Assembly: GCA_963822945.1 (NCBI GenBank)
Contig: CAWGJO010000020.1
Location: 512,001 to 576,000 of the forward strand
DNA from: an uncultured Gemmatimonadaceae bacterium
GTDB lineage: Bacteria > Gemmatimonadota > Gemmatimonadetes > Gemmatimonadales > Gemmatimonadaceae
Reading direction: 5' to 3'
DNA length: 64,000 nucleotides
Within the stretch, counting starts at the first letter, position 1, and every line of letters starts with the position of its first letter. The position numbers were made by a program, and so were the translations under genes. This document shows, in pieces, positions 34,381 to 42,983 of this stretch. The notes beneath the pieces are model-generated. The model was not told where the DNA came from, did no database searches, and saw nothing but the letters and a program-made list of their open reading frames with translations.

Positions 34381-35580
34381 ATGACGCGCATCGGTTTCGC
34401 GTACAATCAGAAGCCCGGGTCGGATCCCGCGACGGACGCGGTCGACGCCGACGACGAGCCGCCCAGTACGCGCCGGGACGAGAGTTCCCGGAACTTTAAT
34501 TCTGTCCCGCCCGCTCCCTTCGCCGCGAACGGCGGTGGCACGGGTTTGGTCGCGCCGCCTCGTGCCGCGCCCGACGCGCCGGCGGCCGATGTGTACGCCG
34601 AGTGGGATACCGCCGAGACCATCGACGCCGTAGCCAACGCCCTCTCGGCATACGGCACCGTGATCCGGCTCGAGGCGACTCCCGACTTTCCCGAGCGCCT
34701 TCGCGACTCGGACGTCGACATCGTCTTCAACATCGCCGAGGGGCTCCACGGCCCGAACCGCGAAGCCCACGTGCCCGCCATCTGCGAGTTCTACGGCGTG
34801 CCCTACTCGGGCAGCGACCCGTTCACGCTCTCGCTCTGCCTGCACAAGGCCCGCACAAAGCAGATGCTCGCCGCCAACGAGGTTCCCACCGCGGGCTTCG
34901 TGCTCGTGGAGACCGTGGACCAGCTGGCCGCGCTCGCCGCGGGCCGATCCGTGCCGGCCGCGCGCTATCCGCTCTTCCTCAAGCCGGTGCAGGAGGGATC
35001 CTCCAAGGGGATCACCGAGCAGAACTTCGTGCGTGACGGCGGCGAGCTGATGGCCCGCGGCCGCGAGTTGCTGCGATCGTATGACCAGCCGGTGCTCGTG
35101 GAGGAGTACCTGCCTGGCGCTGAATTCACCTGCGGCGTGCTGGGAAACGGCGATCGCGCACGGGTGCTGCCGCTGGTGGGAATGCGCTTCGACACGCTTC
35201 CCGGCGGGGCGCTGCCGATCTACGGGTTCGAGGCCAAGTGGGTGTGGGACACACCCGAGCGCCCGCTGGACATCTTCGAGTGCCCGGCGCGCATTCCCGA
35301 CGATCTTCGCGCCGCTATTGAGGCCGTGACGTTGCGTGCCTACCATGTGCTGGGCTGCCGCGACTGGTCCCGCATCGACGTCCGGCTCGACGCCACCGGC
35401 GCCCCGAACGTCATCGAGATCAACCCGCTGCCCGGCATTCTTCCCGACCCCGAGGAGAATTCCTGCCTGCCCAAGGCGGCGCGAGCCGCGGGGCTGTCGT
35501 ACGACGAACTGATCCAGGCCTGCCTCGTCCACGCCGCCGAGCGGCAGGGCGTCACCCTCCAGCGCCGGAGCGCGCCGTGA
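34381..35580 (+). CDS. Ddl-like ATP-grasp ligase 1
   Basis: VFNIAEG, PYSGSD, KPVQEGSSKGI, EEYLPG.E, RIDVR, EINPLPG. Confidence 0.92.
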   Translation: MTRIGFAYNQKPGSDPATDAVDADDEPPSTRRDESSRNFNSVPPAPFAANGGGTGLVAPPRAAPDAPAADVYAEWDTAETIDAVANALSAYGTVIRLEATPDFPERLRDSDVDIVFNIAEGLHGPNREAHVPAICEFYGVPYSGSDPFTLSLCLHKARTKQMLAANEVPTAGFVLVETVDQLAALAAGRSVPAARYPLFLKPVQEGSSKGITEQNFVRDGGELMARGRELLRSYDQPVLVEEYLPGAEFTCGVLGNGDRARVLPLVGMRFDTLPGGALPIYGFEAKWVWDTPERPLDIFECPARIPDDLRAAIEAVTLRAYHVLGCRDWSRIDVRLDATGAPNVIEINPLPGILPDPEENSCLPKAARAAGLSYDELIQACLVHAAERQGVTLQRRSAP

Positions 35581-36644
35581 AGATCGCCATCGTGTTCGAC
35601 GGAGCGTCGGCGATTGCCGCGTTCCCCGATCTGCTGATCCTCGACACCGTCGAGGCCATCGAACGCGCGATGGTGACCGAGGGGAACGCGGTCACCCGGA
35701 TCCCGGTGCATCCCGACGGCCGGTGGATCGAACGCCTGCGGAAGGGCGGGTTCGACCTCGTCTTCAACATGTGCGAGGGAGTCAACGGCGTCGCGGCCCT
35801 CGAGCCGTCGGTCATCGCCGTCCTGGAATTGCTCGCCCTGCCGTACACCGGCAGTTCCAGCTTCACCACCGCCCTCTGTCTGCGGAAGCACGTGGTGAAT
35901 GGTCTGCTGGCCGGCGCCGGACTGCCGGTGCCGGAGTTCACCACCGTGCGGCCGGGCGACCCGGTGAAGCCCATCGGGTTTCCGGCCATCTGCAAGCCGG
36001 CGGCCGAGGATGCGTCCATCGGCATCGAACAGAAGTCGGTGGTGCGCACGCGGCGGGCGCTCGACGAGCGCGTCGAGGCAATGCTCGGGCGCTGGAATCA
36101 GATCCTGGTGCAGCGGTACGTCGAGGGGCGCGAGGTGAATGTCGGTGTGCTCGGCGACCAGGTGCTGCCGGTGGCCGAGATCGATTTCAGCGGGATGCCC
36201 AAGGGCAAGTGGCGGATCGTGAGCTATCGGTCCAAGTGGGAAGCCGGCAGCGACGAGGACGCCGGTACGGCGCCCCGCTGCCCGGCCGACCTGCCGCCCG
36301 AACTCGAGGCCGAGGTGCGCCGGGTGGCGCGCGATGCGTGGCGTGTGGTGGGCGGCCAGGGTTACGGCCGCGTGGACATGCGGATCGACGCCAAGGGGCA
36401 GCCGTGGATCCTGGAAGTGAATCCGAATCCGGACATCGCTCCCGACGCCGGTCTGGCCCGCATGGCCGGCGCGGCCGGCATGAGCTATGGCCGTCTCATC
36501 CGGACCGTCTGTCAGCTGGGGGCGCGCCGCCGCATCGAGGTTGGCGACGCCGAACGGCTGTGGGCACTGGCGTTCGAGCTCTCCGGCGGGACCAGCGCCG
36601 CGCTCCAGTCGGACCTGCTCGACAGCGCCCGGCAGGCCTCCTGA
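35577..36644 (+). CDS. Ddl-like ATP-grasp ligase 2
   Basis: VFNMCEG, PYTGS, KPAAEDASIGI, GRE, RVDMR, EVNPNPD; GTGA overlap. Confidence 0.92.
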   Translation: MKIAIVFDGASAIAAFPDLLILDTVEAIERAMVTEGNAVTRIPVHPDGRWIERLRKGGFDLVFNMCEGVNGVAALEPSVIAVLELLALPYTGSSSFTTALCLRKHVVNGLLAGAGLPVPEFTTVRPGDPVKPIGFPAICKPAAEDASIGIEQKSVVRTRRALDERVEAMLGRWNQILVQRYVEGREVNVGVLGDQVLPVAEIDFSGMPKGKWRIVSYRSKWEAGSDEDAGTAPRCPADLPPELEAEVRRVARDAWRVVGGQGYGRVDMRIDAKGQPWILEVNPNPDIAPDAGLARMAGAAGMSYGRLIRTVCQLGARRRIEVGDAERLWALAFELSGGTSAALQSDLLDSARQAS

Positions 36645-37165
36645 TGCCCACGCTCGGAGCGCTCGATGCCTCCCACCGACCGCACCTGGACGCCCTGCTG
36701 CGGGCGACCGGCGCGTTCCGGACCGACGAAGTCGACGTCGCGTTGGAGTTGTTCGACGAAACGTACGGCGCCCTTTCCGACCCGAGTGCGCCGGCCGACT
36801 ACGAATTCGTGGCCGCGTTCGACGATGCGGGGTCTCTCGCCGGATACTGCTGTTACGGCGCAACGCCGGGCACCGAGGGGACGTACGACCTCTACTGGAT
36901 CGCCGTCGATCCGGCCCAGCAGGGTTGCGGCGTGGGCTCCGCGTTGTTGGCGGAGGTGGAACGGCGGCTGGGGCAACGCCAGGCGCGCATGCTGGTGGTG
37001 GAAACGTCCGGACGAGATGAATACAAGGCGACACGGCAGTTCTACGGAGCGCGTGGATACGACGTCACCGCGCGGCTCCGCGATTTCTACGCCCCCGCCG
37101 ACGATCGGGTGGTGTACACGAGGTACCTCGGCAGTTTTCATCCACCCGCGGTTCGCGGAGCCTGA
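36644..37165 (+). CDS. GNAT N-acetyltransferase
   Basis: LYWIAVDPAQQGCGVG motif A, FY..RGY; TGATG overlap. Confidence 0.92.
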   Translation: MPTLGALDASHRPHLDALLRATGAFRTDEVDVALELFDETYGALSDPSAPADYEFVAAFDDAGSLAGYCCYGATPGTEGTYDLYWIAVDPAQQGCGVGSALLAEVERRLGQRQARMLVVETSGRDEYKATRQFYGARGYDVTARLRDFYAPADDRVVYTRYLGSFHPPAVRGA

Positions 37166-37170
37166 CCGCC

Positions 37171-38337
37171 ATGAGTGACTGGCAGCAAATTCTTCACACC
37201 GGCATCGACACACTCGACAAGCTGGCCGAGAAGTTCGGCCCCGAGGTGATCGACGTCGACGCCCTGCAGCCGGCGTTCGACAACTTCCAGATGCGGATCA
37301 CGCCCAATGTGCTCGCCCAGTTGCGGGAGGTGGGAGATCCGATCTGGAACCAGTACGTCCCGACGGTGCAGGAACTGAACGTCGTGGACGGGGTCATCGA
37401 TTCACTCGACGAGGACGGCGACTCGCCGGTGCCGAACATCACGCACCGCTATCCCGATCGCGTGCTCTTCCTGGTGAGTCCGGTGTGCGCGTCGTACTGC
37501 CGGTTCTGCACCCGGCGTCGCAAGGTGGGCGACCCCGAGAAGATTCCGCTCAACCAGTACGAGTCGGCGTTCGAGTACATCCGGAGCCATCCGGAGATCC
37601 GCGACGTCATCATGAGCGGCGGCGATCCGATGATGCTCTCCGACCGGCGGCTGGAGTACCTCTTCCAGCGGCTCCGGGAGATTCCCCACGTCGAGATCAT
37701 TCGCATCGGCAGCCGGATCACGGCGCACCTGCCGGAGCGGATCACGCCCGAATTCTGCGAGATGGTCAAGAAGTACCACCCCGTGTACATGAACACGCAC
37801 TTCAACCACCCCAGCGAGTTGACGCCGGCCACGGTGGCGGCGCTCGGCCGGCTGGCGGAGGCCGGTGTGCCGCTGGGATGCCAGACCGTGCTGTTGCGCG
37901 GCGTGAACGACAATCCGGAAACGATGAAGGAGCTGATGCAGAAGCTCCTCAAGGCGCGCGTCCGTCCGTACTACCTCTACATGGCCGACCAGGTAGCCGG
38001 GGGCGAGCACTTCCGGACGATGGTCGAGACCGGGCTCGAGATCGTGAAGGCGTTGCGCGGCTGGACCTCGGGGCTCGCCGTCCCGCACTTCTGCATCGAC
38101 GCGCCGGGAGGCGGCGGCAAGGTGCCCCTGCTGCCGGAGTACGTGGAGAAGATCACGGACGACGAGGTCATCTTCCGGAACTACGAGGGCAAGCGGTTCA
38201 CGTACAAGCAGCCGCGGCTCCCGATCGCTGCCTCCGCGTGCGGCACGGCCGCCGACGGGGAGTCCGTGGTGTTGCCCATGCGGGCCGTCAAACCGCGCAA
38301 GAAGTCGGTGCGGACCCGCGGGCGGAAGACCGGCTGA
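37171..38337 (+). CDS. kamA: KamA-family radical SAM/PLP lysine 2,3-aminomutase
   Basis: HRYPDR, CASYCRFCTRRR, SGGDP, HFNHP, QTVLLRGVND, DAPGGGGK. Confidence 0.92.
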   Translation: MSDWQQILHTGIDTLDKLAEKFGPEVIDVDALQPAFDNFQMRITPNVLAQLREVGDPIWNQYVPTVQELNVVDGVIDSLDEDGDSPVPNITHRYPDRVLFLVSPVCASYCRFCTRRRKVGDPEKIPLNQYESAFEYIRSHPEIRDVIMSGGDPMMLSDRRLEYLFQRLREIPHVEIIRIGSRITAHLPERITPEFCEMVKKYHPVYMNTHFNHPSELTPATVAALGRLAEAGVPLGCQTVLLRGVNDNPETMKELMQKLLKARVRPYYLYMADQVAGGEHFRTMVETGLEIVKALRGWTSGLAVPHFCIDAPGGGGKVPLLPEYVEKITDDEVIFRNYEGKRFTYKQPRLPIAASACGTAADGESVVLPMRAVKPRKKSVRTRGRKTG

Positions 38338-38345
38338 GGGATGGC

Positions 38346-38384
38346 GGCAAACGGGGCGGCGCCGGTGGCGCCGCCCCGTTTGCC
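38346..38384. terminator. Perfect 18-bp hairpin between convergent genes
   Basis: GGCAAACGGGGCGGCGCC-ggt-GGCGCCGCCCCGTTTGCC. Confidence 0.75.
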
Positions 38385-38391
38385 ATCGGAC

Positions 38392-38793
38392 TCACCGCGA
38401 CGTCAGGACGATCACTCCGCCGGGATTGCCGGACCCGAATCGCTGCATCGCCTGCTCCGGAGTCAGGTACCGGATCTCCTTGACCGTGGCCACCGGAATG
38501 GTCCGCAGGTCCGAGATTCCGCCCAGCCGATTGCTGTCCATGTACACGTGGACGGTGTAGTCCTGAGGCGAACTGATGGACGACGACGCATTGGCCAGGT
38601 GCGGACGGAGCATCTCCGGACGCAGGTGCTGGATGGCATCGTAGACGTTCGGGGAGTTCTCGTTCGCCAACTCGGCCGCGGTGATCACGTTGGGGTTCCG
38701 ATACGTCGACGCACCCCCGGTGCCCACCCCGCCGCTGGCGCAACCCGCGAGCAGAAGTCCGGCGAGCAACGTCCTGACCGACGACATTCTCAT
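38392..38793 (-). CDS. Small lipoprotein resembling a stand-alone TonB-receptor plug domain
   Basis: Lipobox LAGC; VITAAEL, DAIQHL, VYMD, VKEIRYL, RFG..NPGGVIV; GGAGG RBS. Confidence 0.7.
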   Translation of the reverse strand: MRMSSVRTLLAGLLLAGCASGGVGTGGASTYRNPNVITAAELANENSPNVYDAIQHLRPEMLRPHLANASSSISSPQDYTVHVYMDSNRLGGISDLRTIPVATVKEIRYLTPEQAMQRFGSGNPGGVIVLTSR

Positions 38794-38825
38794 GGTACGA
38801 CCTCCGTGTGTGCCGCCCTGCGGCA

Positions 38826-40928
38826 TCAGTGGGCCAGCGCTTCTTCGTGTTCCTTGGCCGACTCGCTGATCACGCGTTGCGACGCGTCGGACGGCATCTC
38901 TTCGTAGCCGCGGAACCGGCGGGTGAACGTTGCCCGCCCCTGCGTCATCGACTGCAGGGAACTCGCGTACATGTACAACTCGGCCTGGGGAATCACGGCC
39001 CGCACCCGGGTCCCCTCCGTCGTCGTCTCGGTGCCCAGGATGTGCCCGCGCCGTGACGACAGGTCGCCCAGCACATCGCCCATGTACTCGTCCGGTGTCA
39101 GGATCTCCAGCTCGTCGAGCGGTTCCAGCAACACCGGCTTGCACTTGGGCGCCACGACCTTGAAGCCCAGAATTCCCGCCATCTTGAACGACATTTCATT
39201 GGAGTCGACGGTGTGGAACGAACCGTCGTACAGTTCCACCTTGAAGTCGACCAGCGGATAGCCGGCGAGCACCCCGCGCACTGCGGCCTCCTGAATCCCC
39301 TTGTCCACGGCGGGGATGAATTTGCTGGGTATCGCGCCGCCCACGATCTTGTCCACGAACTCGTACCCGGCACCGCGCGGGAGCGGTGAGAATCGCACCC
39401 AGCAATCGCCGAACTGGCCGCGGCCGCCACTCTGCTTCTTGTGCCGGCCCTGCCCGTCGGCGGTGCCGCGGATGGTCTCGCGGTACGCGATGCTCGGCTT
39501 GGTCAGTTCGGCCTCGACGCCGTACTTCCGCTTGAGCTTGCCCATCGTCACTTCGAGGTGCCGTTCGCCCATGCCCGAGACCAGCGTCTCGTGAGTCTCG
39601 GCGTTGTAGTGCATCTCGAACGTCGGGTCCTCGTCGTGCAGCCGGTGGAGCCCCGCCTGGAGTTTCTCCTCGTCGCCGCGGGCGGCGGCGTGCACGGCCA
39701 TCTGCATGACCCCTTCGGGGAACTCGATCTGGGGCAGCCGGACCGGATGCTGGCGCGTGGACAGGGTGTCGTTGGTATGGGTGTTCCGCAGCTTGGCCAC
39801 GCACCCGATGTCGCCGGCGTAGAGCGCCGGCACTTCGGTTCGATCCTTCCCCTGCACGATGGACAGGTGGCCCAGCTTCTCGCCGCCGTCCCGGGTGGCG
39901 TTGAACACTTCGGCGCCCGATTCCACCTTGCCCGAGAAGATGCGGAAGAAGCTCACCTCGCCCACATGCGGTTCCGACATCGTCTTGAAGACGAGCGCCG
40001 CGAAGGGCGCGTCGTCGTTGGCGTGGATTTCCACGGTGTGGTCGCCTTCGGCGCCCTTGAACGCATGGAGTTCCTCCATTTCCCAGGCGCTGGGCATCAC
40101 TTCCACCACCGTGCTGAGCACCGCCTGCGTCCCGTAGTTCAGTTCGCTGGACATGCAGAACAACGGGAACAGCTCCATGCGCTTCATCGCCTCCTTCATG
40201 GCCTGCAGGGCATCGGCCCGGCTGATCTCGCCGCCCTCCAGGTAGCGCTCCAGCAGCGAGTCGTCCGTGGCGGCGATGGTCTCGATGAGCTGCTCGTAGT
40301 ACTTGTCGAATACGGGCTGCAGCTCCGCCGGGATGTCCACCTCGTCGTACTCCCCTCCCTTGGCCCCCTGCTTGTACAGGTGAGCCTTCTTGGAGAAGAG
40401 GTTGATGATGCCGTGAAACTCGGGGCCCTCGCCGATCGGCACCTCCACGGGGATCACCTTGTTCGTCAGCTGGTCGCGGATCTGGGACACCACGGTGTCG
40501 AAGCTGGCATGCTCCTTGTCCATCATCGTCGCCACGAACAGCACCGGATCGCGGCGCCGGACCGCTTCCCGGAACATGCGTTCGGTACCCACCTCGATGC
40601 CGGCGGTCGCGCTGATCACGCACAGGGCTCCGTCGGCGGCGGCCAGGCCGGCAACCGCGTCCCCCTGGAAGTCCAGGAATCCCGGTGTATCGATGAGGTT
40701 GATCTTGACGCCCTTCCACTCGGCGTACGCGCATCCGAGGTTGATCGAATAGCCGCGCTCGATCTCCTCGGGCCCGGTGTCGGTGAGTGCCGTTCCGTCC
40801 TTGACCGACCCGTGCCGCTTGCTGGACCCGGACACGAAGGCGAGCGCATCGACCAGGCTGGTCTTGCCGCTCGCCCCGTGTCCCACGACCGCGACATTGC
40901 GGATCTCCGACCCTCGATATTCTGGCAT
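38826..40928 (-). CDS. fusA: Elongation factor G paralogue (EF-G2 type)
   Basis: IRNVAVVGH..SGKT, DTPG, GMGERHLE, HKKQSGGRGQFG, DGSFH.VDS, LLEP; outside str operon. Confidence 0.9.
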   Translation of the reverse strand: MPEYRGSEIRNVAVVGHGASGKTSLVDALAFVSGSSKRHGSVKDGTALTDTGPEEIERGYSINLGCAYAEWKGVKINLIDTPGFLDFQGDAVAGLAAADGALCVISATAGIEVGTERMFREAVRRRDPVLFVATMMDKEHASFDTVVSQIRDQLTNKVIPVEVPIGEGPEFHGIINLFSKKAHLYKQGAKGGEYDEVDIPAELQPVFDKYYEQLIETIAATDDSLLERYLEGGEISRADALQAMKEAMKRMELFPLFCMSSELNYGTQAVLSTVVEVMPSAWEMEELHAFKGAEGDHTVEIHANDDAPFAALVFKTMSEPHVGEVSFFRIFSGKVESGAEVFNATRDGGEKLGHLSIVQGKDRTEVPALYAGDIGCVAKLRNTHTNDTLSTRQHPVRLPQIEFPEGVMQMAVHAAARGDEEKLQAGLHRLHDEDPTFEMHYNAETHETLVSGMGERHLEVTMGKLKRKYGVEAELTKPSIAYRETIRGTADGQGRHKKQSGGRGQFGDCWVRFSPLPRGAGYEFVDKIVGGAIPSKFIPAVDKGIQEAAVRGVLAGYPLVDFKVELYDGSFHTVDSNEMSFKMAGILGFKVVAPKCKPVLLEPLDELEILTPDEYMGDVLGDLSSRRGHILGTETTTEGTRVRAVIPQAELYMYASSLQSMTQGRATFTRRFRGYEEMPSDASQRVISESAKEHEEALAH

Positions 40929-40946
40929 CTGCCGCTCCTCGTCAGA

Positions 40947-41246
40947 TCAGGTGAGTGTGCCGATGCGCGGCGCGACCGACAGCCAGCTCCGGAGGGTTTC
41001 TTCCTCGACGTCGCCGACGCTGCCGGGCAGGTCCACGGCGATCGCGCGAGCCGACTGCCGCACCTCACTGACGCAGATGAAGACCACGGCGCTGTTGCCG
41101 CCGGCCTCACCTTTCACGTACGTCGCGGTCCACATGCGGCCGAGCGCGTCGGTGAAGACGCGCTCGCCGCCTGAGGGGCGGCGAGGGGTGGTGCGGATGG
41201 ACTGCCTTGGCACGATAGGGATCCTCGATTGCAGAAGCGTGGCCAC
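40947..41246 (-). CDS. Hypothetical protein
   Basis: 99-aa ORF with coding-like content (RVFTDALGRMW); start uncertain. Confidence 0.6.
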   Translation of the reverse strand: MATLLQSRIPIVPRQSIRTTPRRPSGGERVFTDALGRMWTATYVKGEAGGNSAVVFICVSEVRQSARAIAVDLPGSVGDVEEETLRSWLSVAPRIGTLT

Positions 41247-41286
41247 ATGATCGGGGGTTCGTCAAGGTCCCACGCGCCGGCCACGG

Positions 41287-41322
41287 AAAAACAAAACCGG
41301 GGGGCGCTCCTGCGCCCCCCGG
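41287..41322 (-). terminator. Rho-independent terminator
   Basis: CCGGGGGGCGC-loop-GCGCCCCCCGG followed on minus strand by TTTTGTTTTT. Confidence 0.85.
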
Positions 41323-41352
41323 CCGGTGCCGCTCGCCCATCGCGATGCCGCC

Positions 41353-41940
41353 CTATTCTCCGTCGTAGTCGAAGGCCAGACTGTCCGCCTCCCGCCAGCG
41401 CTCCAGCACGGATTCCAGCGGCTTCAGCACGGGCGCGGTGAGGCCCACCACCGGACCGAGCGATACCGTGATCGCCCGCCGGGCGCCTTCAGGCCAATCC
41501 GGCATCGACAACCCGGCCACGAGCCGGCCGATTACCTGGCCGCATTCGCGCAGCAGTTGCGTGGCGGTGGCACGCAGAATCTCGAGCGGAATCTCCAGGT
41601 CCCGGGTCACCAACTGCCCGGTGTTGTCGCGCCACGCCGCGTCGCCCACCGCCCCGCGTTCGGGCCACACACCGACGTGGCGAATGGACTCCAGAGTCCC
41701 CTCACCGTCCCCGGCCCCGGTTCGGTGGCATTCCACCGCCGCAGCCAGTGCCAACGCAACGGACTCTGGGGTCAGGTCGCCATACAGAGTGACGACATCT
41801 CTCGATGGCCGCTCGGCATCGAGCGGCGCCGGAACCGAGTTCACGTGCGCGAGCACTGGCGACTGGTCGGGATTATCCTCGAGCATCACGAGGACATCCA
41901 TGTCGTCCCTCCTGTTGAAGAACTGCCAAACCATCGCCAC
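41353..41940 (-). CDS. Hypothetical protein
   Basis: 195-aa ORF with GAGGGG RBS, followed by terminator. Confidence 0.65.
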   Translation of the reverse strand: MAMVWQFFNRRDDMDVLVMLEDNPDQSPVLAHVNSVPAPLDAERPSRDVVTLYGDLTPESVALALAAAVECHRTGAGDGEGTLESIRHVGVWPERGAVGDAAWRDNTGQLVTRDLEIPLEILRATATQLLRECGQVIGRLVAGLSMPDWPEGARRAITVSLGPVVGLTAPVLKPLESVLERWREADSLAFDYDGE

Positions 41941-42101
41941 GCCCCCTCAACGAGTATCTGCCACGGAGAGTTTCAGCCGCGAATTCGATCGAGCACCGAT
42001 CGCCACGTAGAAACCCGTATGTCACGACTTCGTTCCGCAAAAAACACGCCGTGACGCACCCCTATGCCCACTCAACTCATCGAGGCGCAATCGGGTCACG
42101 T

Positions 42102-42137
42102 GAAAGAACAGAGGGCCCCGCGATGCGCGGGGCCCTC
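42102..42137 (-). terminator. Rho-independent terminator
   Basis: GAGGGCCCCGCG-atg-CGCGGGGCCCTC, then TGTTCTTT on minus strand. Confidence 0.8.
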
Positions 42138-42160
42138 GTGTGATCGGAATCACCAACGTA

Positions 42161-42838
42161 CTACCGCGTCCCGTCACGAATGATGGTTCCCAGGGCGTAG
42201 CACCCCTCGTCGACGCCGGGCGTGCAGTCGTCGACCAGGCCGGTATACACGTTGTACCCGGTAAAGTGCTCGATCCGGCGCCACACGGCGCCCGTCCTCA
42301 CGTTGACGTGCGTGGCCAGCGTGGCGTCCCGGGCCGACTCGTCGACCAGCGGACCGCCCGGTGTCTCCGAGAACAGGATCGAGAACCGTCGCAGATCACC
42401 GTGTCCGCCGATTGCTGCCAACCGGAACGTGTGGATCGTGACCCAGCGTGACGGGTCGTTCGAGGGCACGAAGCGCAGCCGGGGGGAGAAGTCGACATAG
42501 TCACGGCCGCCTATCGTCGTCACGGACGCGGTGACCTTGACCCGATATGTTGCCGGATCGCACGGCTGGTCCCACGTCCCGGGACCGTAGGACGACGTCG
42601 CGGGGTCGCACACCGCGTGGGGCGGCACGACCAGACGATACCCGCCGATGTGGTACACCCCTCCGCGCGGGGAGAGGTGGAGCGTGGAGCCCCCCGGCCC
42701 GTGGTCCGGCCCGATCCGCGACTGCGCGACCGCCGGGCTCGTCGGTGAGGTGATGGACGCAGTGGGCGCGACCTGGTCGGCGCAGCTCGCCGCAACGGCC
42801 AGAGCCGAGACGGTGAGTAATGAAGTCAGCCGGCGCAT
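42161..42838 (-). CDS. Lipoprotein with ZU5-like domain
   Basis: Lipobox AASC; SPRGGVYHIGGYRLVVPPHAV start motif; IEHFTGY. Confidence 0.7.
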   Translation of the reverse strand: MRRLTSLLTVSALAVAASCADQVAPTASITSPTSPAVAQSRIGPDHGPGGSTLHLSPRGGVYHIGGYRLVVPPHAVCDPATSSYGPGTWDQPCDPATYRVKVTASVTTIGGRDYVDFSPRLRFVPSNDPSRWVTIHTFRLAAIGGHGDLRRFSILFSETPGGPLVDESARDATLATHVNVRTGAVWRRIEHFTGYNVYTGLVDDCTPGVDEGCYALGTIIRDGTR

Positions 42839-42983
42839 GAGTTCCTACCTGGCGATGAATGGGGGCGGCCCCGCTCCTCAGTCTCCCTGCGGCGGGCGAC
42901 ACTTGATCATCACACGGAATACATGTGAGAGCCGGGCGCCTGACGAATACGCACCGCCGGGAGCCGGGTGTCCGTGACCATCG

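Noticed and set aside
34381..36644. Vancomycin-resistance (van) ligases
   Set aside because: No vanH/X/R/S; canonical Ddl N-terminal motif absent; context is GNAT plus KamA
37171..40928. KamA acting as EpmB on the neighbouring elongation factor
   Set aside because: Neighbour is EF-G, not EF-P; it is convergent and separated by a terminator; no epmA seen
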